DNA of 52,136 bases from a virus: the IMG/VR virus record IMGVR_UViG_3300033412_000022, positions 1-52,136 of that record; one strand, written 5' to 3'. Below are positions 7,058 through 14,618 of this stretch, one piece after another (position 1 is the stretch's first letter; every line of letters starts with the position of its first letter). Position numbers and translations under genes: made by a program. The notes under the pieces are model-generated. The model did not search any database and was not told the DNA's origin. It saw nothing but the letters and a program-made list of their open reading frames with translations.

Positions 7058-7083
7058 GGGATTATTCGGCGCCGAATAATCCC
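7058..7083. repeat. Palindrome copy 1: GGGATTATTCGGCGCCGAATAATCCC (26 bp, perfect)
   Basis: Lies between the convergent int and 388-aa genes. It shares the 16-bp core TATTCGGCGCCGAATA with 41214..41235 and 52010..52025; the copy at 19331..19350 has one core mismatch. Confidence 0.9.
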
Positions 7084-7169
7084 GCCTAACACAGGCGGCA
7101 TAGCCCGGTGGGATCATTATACAATAGGGAAAAGTGACTGGTGCCCGGAACAAAATTTGGAAACGGGAA

Positions 7170-8336
7170 TCAAATATTCCAATCACTGAACTCTGCCACA
7201 ACCTTTCTCCAGGGTCTCACCCAGTTCAGCCCGTTATTTTCGTCTTCATCCATACGGATTTTTCTGGTAATCAGCCGCGTCCACTTTTCTTCGGCGTGCA
7301 AAAGCAACGTTTGAACATCCAGCCCCTCGTTTACAATTCGATTCTCGATTTGTGCAAACCAGTACAAATATTGGCACCAGCCTAGCCGAACCCAGCTGGG
7401 GCGTTGTTTCCCAATTGGTGGCGGGTTCGAAATTAGACTTAGAATAACCGGCGAATACGGATTATCGCCTAAATCGCCAAGCAAACGTTGCCTGGAAAGA
7501 CGCAACACATCCGGTTCACGCAGAAAGGCCAAAAGTGATTCTTCGGTCCAATACGGTTTCATCCCTTTTGATTTTCCGCCACCGGTGTACCGTTTTGGAT
7601 CATAACGCCTTGACGTCCAATGCTTACCTGTTGCACAAACGCTGGCCCCTGCGTACTTCCATAGCACAATGTCGGATGACGTGCGGCTAACGATCACACG
7701 GAATCCGGCGCCCTCAAGGAGACTGATTAACTTCATCACGCCCAGTAGGTCATCGCTCTGATTCAGTTCGCGTCGTGAAGGCGTATTACCCACGAGAACT
7801 AGATATATTTCTTTTGAATCCGTGCGCGACAGTATAGACGCAATTTGCTCCGATCTACCGCCCTGCGCAATATCAGGTAAACTAATGACCGCTGTTTGAA
7901 TCACCTGAACATGGGAGCCTGATAGCTGGTTCGTTAAGAACCCACAGATGAAGACCGATAAGTCGTAAAAACTATCGTGGTAATGTTTTGGCACATCTAT
8001 AGGCGAACAGACTTTGTTGATGCCAAGGTTCAGGCATAAGTCAGCCAATCGCTGGCTTAATTGGTACCACCAAGTCTCGCTCCCTCGGTCACCACTTTCA
8101 AGTGCTGGTGGGAAATACGGCCATTGAGGTAAGTAACCGCTACGATTACCAGGACAATACAGTTCAGGGTCAAAAATCAAGTCAAAATCAGGTTTGCCAT
8201 ATAACTGACTGATGTCTTTCTCGATTTCTTCCCGCTCGCCATTAAAAGGGCTGAGGATTGCTCCTTTGAATTGGGCCAAGTGAGGTTCTTGTATGAGGCT
8301 CAAACTCTGGTGGCCCATCTGATAGTACACAGCCAT
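7170..8336 (-). CDS. Hypothetical 388-aa protein (third gene of the kinase island)
   Basis: Long ORF in a lower-GC region. I recognise no family motif. Confidence 0.7.
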   Translation of the reverse strand: MAVYYQMGHQSLSLIQEPHLAQFKGAILSPFNGEREEIEKDISQLYGKPDFDLIFDPELYCPGNRSGYLPQWPYFPPALESGDRGSETWWYQLSQRLADLCLNLGINKVCSPIDVPKHYHDSFYDLSVFICGFLTNQLSGSHVQVIQTAVISLPDIAQGGRSEQIASILSRTDSKEIYLVLVGNTPSRRELNQSDDLLGVMKLISLLEGAGFRVIVSRTSSDIVLWKYAGASVCATGKHWTSRRYDPKRYTGGGKSKGMKPYWTEESLLAFLREPDVLRLSRQRLLGDLGDNPYSPVILSLISNPPPIGKQRPSWVRLGWCQYLYWFAQIENRIVNEGLDVQTLLLHAEEKWTRLITRKIRMDEDENNGLNWVRPWRKVVAEFSDWNI

Positions 8337-8382
8337 TGTGCGACATCCTTTGACGGTAAAGTTACATCAACAATGAGAGGTT

Positions 8383-9219
8383 TCATTTCCAATCATTTAA
8401 CAGTTCATGTGGTCGCGTGTATCGCCGAACAGGCCACGAGGCAACCATTTTATAGAGAACCTTCAAATTTGAGGCGGAACAGGCGTTCGCAAAACGACGG
8501 GATACGACATGCTTCGATCCGACTTTTCTTACAACATCGTCTTGTGTATCATTCGGCTCGCTATAAGGGTGAAAACCGAATATACAAAACGAAAATAGAA
8601 CCCCCAACGCGAACTGGTCGGTTCTCCAGTCGATCATGCTTGTGTCATTGTTGAGTTGTTCTGGTGCTGAGTAGAACGCAGTACCTGGCCCCCTCGATTG
8701 CCCTGAAGCGGTCAGCGAGTACTGGGACAAATCGCGCACAAGACCAAAGTCTACAATAACTGGGGTGATGTTATCAGGACGGAACATTACATTTTCCGGT
8801 TTTAGATCCCGATGAACAATCTTCTTTTCAGCCATCTGAGCTATCGCCGGAATAAGTTGGTGACCAAGAGCTAGAAGTTCATCTCGCGTCATCAAGCTGC
8901 GGCGTAGTCGAGCTGTGAGTGTCCCACCCGATAAAAACTCCTCTATCAGATAGAGGTACGATTGGCCGCTATAGTCGAACACTCCAGACGAATGCAACCG
9001 AGCAAGGTTATCATGGGCGCAAAGCGCCATTGCTGCAATCTCCCGATCAGTTCTCTCTGACCTTGATTTCGTTGGATCAAAGATTTTCAAGGCGAAAGAC
9101 TCACCTTGAGCGTCCTTAATATGGAACGTTTCTTTGTATGCTCCTGCTGCTTTATAGCCGAGGAATTGAAACTGGAGACTACGACAAACCTCTGTTGCAA
9201 CCTGCTCGAATTGTGGCAT
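8383..9219 (-). CDS. Hanks-type (eukaryotic-like) Ser/Thr protein kinase, kinase domain only
   Basis: FALKIF (beta3 Lys), HRDLKPEN catalytic loop, DFG (DFGLVRD), and APE (YSAPEQ). Confidence 0.85.
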   Translation of the reverse strand: MPQFEQVATEVCRSLQFQFLGYKAAGAYKETFHIKDAQGESFALKIFDPTKSRSERTDREIAAMALCAHDNLARLHSSGVFDYSGQSYLYLIEEFLSGGTLTARLRRSLMTRDELLALGHQLIPAIAQMAEKKIVHRDLKPENVMFRPDNITPVIVDFGLVRDLSQYSLTASGQSRGPGTAFYSAPEQLNNDTSMIDWRTDQFALGVLFSFCIFGFHPYSEPNDTQDDVVRKVGSKHVVSRRFANACSASNLKVLYKMVASWPVRRYTRPHELLNDWK

Positions 9220-9643
9220 TCTGAGTGTCTCCTGACGAGAAAAACTTTGCTTCGTCCGACAACCAAGGCTGAAGTGGTTCTACCAGCGGCGCTTCATAAA
9301 GAACAACCACCTTATCGTCTTTAATGAAACAGATGCCCACTTCCCGGACTTCGAATTCCCACACGAAGCGAAATGCGGCGACGGCAATATTTTCAGGCAC
9401 GACTATGTATGACCGATGGGCAAAACAGGTGTTGCGGTAAGCCTGTTGGAGCGCCTTGCGCCATTTGGTCAGTTTCGCTTCAAAGGCAATAACGGTATCA
9501 TCATCGGCCACGACGACCACATCGGTACGACCGTTGGTATGGTCGAACTGCTCGGAAATACTAACAGTACTCCACTCTGCAGGAAACTGGTTCAAACATC
9601 CTATAAAATCATCTACTAGCGCTTGTTCGTTATTATACGCCAT
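9179..9643 (-). CDS. PD-(D/E)xK nuclease-like protein
   Basis: GRTDVVVVADDDTVIAFEAKL gives the D...E-x-K pattern, followed by QQAYRN. GGGGGGA SD before ATG 9643. Overlaps the kinase start by 41 nt. Confidence 0.5.
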   Translation of the reverse strand: MAYNNEQALVDDFIGCLNQFPAEWSTVSISEQFDHTNGRTDVVVVADDDTVIAFEAKLTKWRKALQQAYRNTCFAHRSYIVVPENIAVAAFRFVWEFEVREVGICFIKDDKVVVLYEAPLVEPLQPWLSDEAKFFSSGDTQNATIRAGCNRGLS

Positions 9644-9922
9644 ATTCGTCCCCCCGCGCTCAACATTCGACTACGTTGTACAACCGAATCGGTCTCGTGT
9701 CTAGGAAATCTATATATTCGTTGGGTTGGCTAAAATCTGGGGATGCAATAATCTTGCCCACAGTGGAGCGCTGTATATATCGACCAGTCCGACCACGCCT
9801 AGTAGACTGGTAAGGGTGCTGGTAGACGCCCAACACGCCCTTTTCCGCTTTTCCAGTATCCTACTAGTGGCTAACCAATTACCAATCTTCCTCCATATAG
9901 ATGGTGAGAAAGGACCACTAAT

Positions 9923-10273
9923 TTGGAATCTCAGTTTTATCCGGCTGGCAAAGCAACTCCAGAATCTGATGTACCACAATTCGTAAAGCAATGGGTCAAA
10001 GACCACCCAAACATCTACAAACTCTCTATCGATCAACAGTGGCGCCGCTTTGAACAGGGAGAAAACAAGAACTTAACCCCTCATGCCATCATGGAGGCTG
10101 GTTACATTCAGGAAGGCAGTTCCTGGGTGGCATTAGGGGAAATGCCTGGTACATTCAAGGGTAGCGGAGAAATCGTTTCCCTCGAGCGCATAGATGATGG
10201 CGCCACCATCTATTATGTGGGTCAAGCTCCGCAACGCGGTTTCATTCTCTGGTGCGAGATAAACCAGAGTTAG
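9923..10273 (+). CDS. Hypothetical protein (start uncertain)
   Basis: 116-aa ORF with ordinary composition in a lower-GC region. The track start is TTG and no clear SD is present. Confidence 0.3.
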   Translation: MESQFYPAGKATPESDVPQFVKQWVKDHPNIYKLSIDQQWRRFEQGENKNLTPHAIMEAGYIQEGSSWVALGEMPGTFKGSGEIVSLERIDDGATIYYVGQAPQRGFILWCEINQS

Positions 10274-10321
10274 TTAAACCATAGGGGGTTGGAGTTTAAT
10301 CCGCACGGAATAATTCCCACC

Positions 10322-10546
10322 CTAACACCGGCGGTAATTACAGGCGGGCCGCTCGCTCAAACTCTCCGCGCATTCCATTACCATCAAATAACCCCGGCCC
10401 TCAATGTAATAGAGATTGGACAGCAGACCGCCCCCGCACTGGGGGCACACCCCGCGAATCCATTTCGGGTCGGATAGTTTCACCGCCTGAAGTTGCTTGG
10501 TCTCCGCCTCTTCCAGCGACCGCGCGTAAATCGGCCCCTTCGCCAT
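10322..10546 (-). CDS. Small zinc-ribbon-like hypothetical protein
   Basis: 74 aa with a CPQCGG motif plus C-terminal Cys residues. Confidence 0.45.
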   Translation of the reverse strand: MAKGPIYARSLEEAETKQLQAVKLSDPKWIRGVCPQCGGGLLSNLYYIEGRGYLMVMECAESLSERPACNYRRC

Positions 10547-10614
10547 CGTGATAACTCCTGCAAACCCGTTTGCTACAGTTTACAGTTTTGCAATCCGCCA
10601 AAGCAAACTTTTGT

Positions 10615-10643
10615 TTTCTTTTGTGTCGGTTTCGCGGTAGAAT
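10615..10643 (+). promoter_or_regulatory. Weak candidate promoter (TTTCTT-17-TAGAAT) for the methyltransferase operon
   Basis: -10 TAGAAT at 10638..10643. GGGAG SD and ATG 10665 follow. Confidence 0.3.
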
Positions 10644-10664
10644 TTGGGCAGGGAGAAAATCACG

Positions 10665-10898
10665 ATGTGCCTCATGCAACCACGGGAGGAAGGCAGGCGG
10701 ATGTCGAGAGTGCCAGACGATGGCGTCTACACGATAGCCCATCTGCGGAACGCGCTGGAGCGTGACGAGTGGGACATCCCGCAATACTGCCCGGAGGATG
10801 GCTATGGCCCGGAGGGGAACAACTTCGCCGTCTCCCCGATGGTGGACCGGGAAGAGCGGGAGTGGCAGGGAGTGCCTGTCATAGGAGCCAAAAGGTGA
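10665..10898 (+). CDS. Hypothetical protein
   Basis: ATG 10665 follows GGGAGAAAATCACG; 77 aa. Confidence 0.45.
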   Translation: MCLMQPREEGRRMSRVPDDGVYTIAHLRNALERDEWDIPQYCPEDGYGPEGNNFAVSPMVDREEREWQGVPVIGAKR

Positions 10899-11164
10899 GC
10901 CGTCTGGTTAATCTGCCGGTCGAGGTTGAGGTCAATGCGGCGGGGGAACCCGTAGCCGTTCATGTACCTGGAAACCCGGAGCCTATCCCCGTGGACGACC
11001 TGGGCGAGCATTACGTTATGTGGGTAGGCGTCCTGCGGGGCGAACCACAGCGGGAAGTCTTCCAGGCGAAGTTCGGCGGCGCAATCGGCGAGCTGCACTG
11101 CCTGCGCAAGCATGGCGATAGGTCGAAACCCGGCGATTGGGTTATTCACCGCGGGATGGACTGA
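10895..11164 (+). CDS. Hypothetical protein
   Basis: GTG 10895 overlaps the previous stop (GTGA); GGAG lies 6 nt upstream; 89 aa. Confidence 0.45.
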   Translation: MSRLVNLPVEVEVNAAGEPVAVHVPGNPEPIPVDDLGEHYVMWVGVLRGEPQREVFQAKFGGAIGELHCLRKHGDRSKPGDWVIHRGMD

Positions 11165-11262
11165 CCCGTAATAGTACAATAGTTCTCCTTGACTGTTGCA
11201 CACCCTTCAATTATCCTTGCATTCTCCGATAATTCGGGAGGGCCGAGGAGGAACCTTGTGGC

Positions 11263-12897
11263 GTGCGAACCAATGTGCTGTATTACGGCGATAACCTGCA
11301 TGTTCTGCGGGAGCGTATCCCCAATGACTCGGTAGACCTGATTTATCTGGACCCGCCGTTTTCGTCGGCCCGCGATTACTTTGTCATCTTTAAGGATAGG
11401 ACGGGTAAGGCAAGCGAGGCGCAGTCCGAGGCGTTCGGCGACACATGGGTGTGGGGTGAAGAGGCGGAGGCCGCGTACCGGGAACTCTGTGTCGGTTCGA
11501 CCCATCACCGGGTTAATCCAGACCTTGCCGTTACCATACAAGCGTTCCGAACCTTCCTGCGCGAGTCGCCGATGATGGCCTATCTGGTCAGCATGGCGAT
11601 ACGACTTCACGAGATGAAACGGGTTCTCAAACCGAACGGGAGCCTTTACCTGCACTGCGACTCGACCGCCAGTCACTACCTGAAGGTGCTGCTCGACACC
11701 ATCTTTACCCCCCAATGGTTTCGGAACGAAATCATATGGAAGCGCACTTCGGCGCACAACGATACCGCGCAGGGAACCAAAAGATACGGACGCAACCACG
11801 ACGTTATACTCTTCTACGCCGGGCCAGGAGCGACGTGGAATCCGCAATATATGCCCTATGACGAGGAGTATGTGCGCTCTTTCTACAAGCACAAGGATCC
11901 GGACGGGCGGCTTTACCGCCTTTCTGACATGACCGGACCGGGTGGGGCATCGAAGGGCAACCCGTATTATGAGGTCATGGGAGTCTCCCGATACTGGCGC
12001 TTCAGCCGCGAGAGGATGGAGCAACTTATCAGCGCAGGGCGGGTAGTGCAGACCAAGCCGGGGAGTGTGCCGCAACAGAAACGCTATCTGGACGAGATGC
12101 CCGGCGTTGCCGTTCAGGCTGTTTGGGATGACATCAAGCCCATCGGGGCGCAGGCCGCCGAACGGTTAGGTTACCCGACCCAGAAACCGCTCGCCCTGCT
12201 CGAGCGGATTATCCGCTGCAGCAGTAACCCTGGCGATGTCGTGATGGATACGTACTGCGGTTGCGGGACGACGGTCATGGCGGCGCATGGTCTTGCGCGA
12301 CAGTGGGTAGGAATAGACATAACTGCCGTCGCTACCTGCATTATCAAAGCGCGGTTGGAACAAACGTTTGGGGACCTTGCGGGGAAGGTGGAAGTCATCG
12401 GACTGCCGATGGATTTGGAAGGCGCGCGCACTCTCTTTGAGGCTGACTCACACCAGTTCCAGATATGGGCTTGTACGCTCATCGGCGCTTACCCGAACCA
12501 GAAGAAGGGCGCGGACAAAGGCATTGATGGATGGATGCCGATAGCGGATATGAACGATCACCCTCACAGGTGCGTTGTCCAAGTCAAAGGCGGGAAACCA
12601 ACCCTCAGTCAAATTCGCGACTTCTGCCATGTAGTGACGCGCGAGAAGGCCGCCATCGGGTTCTTCGTGACGCTCGGCGATATAACGCCCGCCATGAAGA
12701 CGGAGGCCGTCGCGGAAGGATTCTGGGACGCGGGACGCGGGCAGACCTATCCGAAGGTGCAGCTACTCTCCGTCGCGGAACTGATGACCGGACTGGCGAG
12801 GCCAAAGATGCCCACCCAGGAGAAGCGCTCCATCCTGGGCTATATGGCGAACCGACAGGAAAACAAAGGGCTTCAGCCAACGCTGGAGTTGGACTGA
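11263..12897 (+). CDS. Beta-class N6-adenine/N4-cytosine DNA methyltransferase fused to a C-terminal Mrr-like restriction-endonuclease domain
   Basis: Motif IV DLIYLDPPF, followed later by motif I VVMDTYCGCGTT (beta-class order). The C-terminus DKGIDGW...VVQVKGGKPTLSQIRDF...AAIGFFVTLGDITPA fits the Mrr_cat pattern. GAGGAGGAA SD before GTG 11263. Confidence 0.85.
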   Translation: MRTNVLYYGDNLHVLRERIPNDSVDLIYLDPPFSSARDYFVIFKDRTGKASEAQSEAFGDTWVWGEEAEAAYRELCVGSTHHRVNPDLAVTIQAFRTFLRESPMMAYLVSMAIRLHEMKRVLKPNGSLYLHCDSTASHYLKVLLDTIFTPQWFRNEIIWKRTSAHNDTAQGTKRYGRNHDVILFYAGPGATWNPQYMPYDEEYVRSFYKHKDPDGRLYRLSDMTGPGGASKGNPYYEVMGVSRYWRFSRERMEQLISAGRVVQTKPGSVPQQKRYLDEMPGVAVQAVWDDIKPIGAQAAERLGYPTQKPLALLERIIRCSSNPGDVVMDTYCGCGTTVMAAHGLARQWVGIDITAVATCIIKARLEQTFGDLAGKVEVIGLPMDLEGARTLFEADSHQFQIWACTLIGAYPNQKKGADKGIDGWMPIADMNDHPHRCVVQVKGGKPTLSQIRDFCHVVTREKAAIGFFVTLGDITPAMKTEAVAEGFWDAGRGQTYPKVQLLSVAELMTGLARPKMPTQEKRSILGYMANRQENKGLQPTLELD

Positions 12898-12898
12898 C

Positions 12899-13348
12899 CT
12901 ACTCTCGCCCCGCTGGCCCATGCACTTCCAGCGAGACGCGCAAACGTAGATAACTAATCGCCTCCGCCAAATCGGTTCCCTGGCTCTCCCCTGGCTGAAG
13001 CGGGACATACGGCGGCAGAACGCGCCCGCGAGAGGCGTCCACGCGCTCGGCAACCTCCTGCGCCTGCTCTAGAAGGCGAAGCAACAGGCGGGTGTCGGAC
13101 GTGTCAAGCTGGTCTATCGAAAGGGGTTCCGGGTCCGGCAGCGCGTCCGGTTGGATGCCCTGCCCCTGCATCCCCTGGATCGCCGCCGCCACCTCATCCC
13201 CGGCAACCGTCAGCGCCTGTTCCGCCTCCGCCGTCAGCGTTCGGCCCTTCTTCGCCAGACCGCGCGCCCAGCGAGCGTACTTGAGCGCCTTAACGCAATG
13301 ACCCAGAGCGCGCGATAGCTCCGTCCTGCTTTCCGCTGTGGTTGTCAT
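12899..13348 (-). CDS. Hypothetical protein
   Basis: ATG 13348 has an ATGA overlap with the upstream HTH gene. MTTTAESRTELSRALGH... Confidence 0.5.
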   Translation of the reverse strand: MTTTAESRTELSRALGHCVKALKYARWARGLAKKGRTLTAEAEQALTVAGDEVAAAIQGMQGQGIQPDALPDPEPLSIDQLDTSDTRLLLRLLEQAQEVAERVDASRGRVLPPYVPLQPGESQGTDLAEAISYLRLRVSLEVHGPAGRE

Positions 13349-13575
13349 TCCGCCGCCTTCTTCTTTCTGCCGCCGCCTCGATTGCCGCCACCGTGACCAG
13401 CGGGAGACCATGCTAGGGCAACCGATTCCGGCACGAACATTCTGCCGAATCGGGCTACCCCGGTTAGCCGTCCGTCTTTTATCGCCTTGTGGATGGTTGG
13501 CAGCGTTACGCCCCGCTCTGCCGCAAGGTCCGTCGCCAGGACGTACCGCTCGCCATCTATCTCCGTTGTATCCAT
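13345..13575 (-). CDS. Excisionase/MerR-like (HTH_17-type) DNA-binding protein
   Basis: YVLATDLAAERGVTLPTIHKAIKDGRLTGVARFGRMFVPESV fits the excisionase-family HTH pattern. Start taken at ATG 13575. Confidence 0.55.
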   Translation of the reverse strand: MDTTEIDGERYVLATDLAAERGVTLPTIHKAIKDGRLTGVARFGRMFVPESVALAWSPAGHGGGNRGGGRKKKAAE

Positions 13576-13577
13576 AG

Positions 13578-13645
13578 AAACAAGTTTATCACGATAAAAA
13601 TACATCCGTCAATAGGTTGACAAAACAAGTTTATAATGATATACT
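13578..13645. promoter_or_regulatory. Back-to-back divergent promoters, each overlapped by a 19-bp direct repeat; both transcripts would be leaderless
   Basis: Plus strand: TTGACA (13617..13622), 17 nt, TGaTATACT (-10 at 13640..13645), ATG at 13652. Minus strand: TTGACG (13612..13607), 18 nt, TAAACT (13588..13583), ATG at 13575. Repeats AAACAAGTTTATCACGATA (13578..13596) and AAACAAGTTTATAATGATA (13623..13641). Confidence 0.65.
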
Positions 13646-13651
13646 TGATTC

Positions 13652-13972
13652 ATGCAACGAACCATTGAACCCTCCGAACAAGCCCTGATGATTGCCGCCC
13701 GAAATGGCGAGCGCGATTACTTCAACTACGAAATCGAGGATTGGGGGCATGACGGCTATATGGTCTCCCACAAGAAGGACAAGGGTCGCGCCTACTTCGT
13801 TGACCTCTCGGACGCTTCCTGCCAGTGTCCCGCTTTTGAGAAGATGGGCATATGCAAGCATCTGTGGATTGTGGGAGAAACCCTGCGGATTGATGAGATG
13901 GCGAATGAATCCGACCTGAACTGGGAAGCGATTCCCGGCGAGTATGCAAGCCCGGATTACCGGAGATTTTAG
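13652..13972 (+). CDS. SWIM zinc-finger protein
   Basis: CQCPAFEKMGICKHL matches the CxCx(n)CxH SWIM signature; 106 aa. Confidence 0.7.
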   Translation: MQRTIEPSEQALMIAARNGERDYFNYEIEDWGHDGYMVSHKKDKGRAYFVDLSDASCQCPAFEKMGICKHLWIVGETLRIDEMANESDLNWEAIPGEYASPDYRRF

Positions 13973-13980
13973 AAAGGATA

Positions 13981-14002
13981 GGGGGAGGCAACCACCTCCC
14001 CC
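13981..14002 (+). promoter_or_regulatory. Intergenic stem-loop GGGGGAGG-caacca-CCTCCCCC
   Basis: 8-bp perfect stem, 9 nt after the SWIM gene stop. Confidence 0.6.
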
Positions 14003-14017
14003 CAAGGACCTCAACCA

Positions 14018-14248
14018 ATGAGACTATCACCCCCAAAATTCAACCGATGGCTACACCCATTCGATGACCGCAACGACTCCACCGGGCTTGTGGAGGAACA
14101 GACGGAGGAGGAAATCGAAGCGGAACGCGCCGAAGCGGACGCGATTTTGATAGCCGAAGGAGAGCGCGCCGGACGCGAAGCGAAGGAGCGGGGAGGCATT
14201 ATCCAACCCTCCCGAATTGACCCGAATGACCCATTCATGGGGTGCTAA
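14018..14248 (+). CDS. Acidic hypothetical protein
   Basis: 76 aa; AAGGA lies 9 nt before the ATG. Confidence 0.5.
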   Translation: MRLSPPKFNRWLHPFDDRNDSTGLVEEQTEEEIEAERAEADAILIAEGERAGREAKERGGIIQPSRIDPNDPFMGC

Positions 14249-14257
14249 TCGCAGACA

Positions 14258-14280
14258 GGGGGAGGAATCCCGCCTCCCCC
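14258..14280 (+). promoter_or_regulatory. Intergenic stem-loop GGGGGAGG-aatcccg-CCTCCCCC
   Basis: 8-bp perfect stem with the same arms as 13981..14002. Confidence 0.6.
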
Positions 14281-14314
14281 AATGACCTGATAGCGAGAAT
14301 CGCAATCTAAAGCA

Positions 14315-14560
14315 ATGAACAACATTCTTACCACCATCAACACCGAAGCCATTGAGACACCGACCCCGGCCCAGCGCCTGACCGTAGACACCGGCTATAG
14401 TTCCCAATGCGGAACCTGTAAAACCGAATTCTATTTGACCCGCCCCGAATGGGATGCTGTCTGGAACGGCGGCAACGATGTACCCTGTCCGGTCTGCGAG
14501 GGCGGCGAACCGCTTCCCATGACCGAGGAGGAGACAGCCTTCCCCTACCGCCAGCAGTAG
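14315..14560 (+). CDS. Zinc-ribbon hypothetical protein
   Basis: CGTC...CPVC pairs; 81 aa. Confidence 0.5.
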   Translation: MNNILTTINTEAIETPTPAQRLTVDTGYSSQCGTCKTEFYLTRPEWDAVWNGGNDVPCPVCEGGEPLPMTEEETAFPYRQQ

Positions 14561-14561
14561 A

Positions 14562-14600
14562 CCCCTACCCCCTACCCCATTGTCAGGGGAGGGGGGTACC
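14562..14600 (+). promoter_or_regulatory. Imperfect G/C stem-loop of the same family
   Basis: CCCCTACCCCCTACCCC-attgtca-GGGGAGGGGGGTA, directly after the stop at 14558..14560. Confidence 0.4.
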
Positions 14601-14618
14601 CCGAAAGGATAATCCCAA

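Noticed and set aside
9710-10036. Overlapping ORFs 9710..10036 (minus) and 9726..9986 (plus) upstream of the kinase island.
   Set aside because: They exclude each other, have odd composition and lack SDs. The region more likely holds the island promoter and regulatory DNA; it contains a 10-bp palindrome, GTTGTACAAC, at 9675..9684, which is too short to interpret.
11146-12075. 309-aa minus-strand ORF overlapping the methyltransferase gene.
   Set aside because: It lies antisense to a CDS with clear MTase motifs, and its composition is Arg/Pro/Val-rich and not protein-like.
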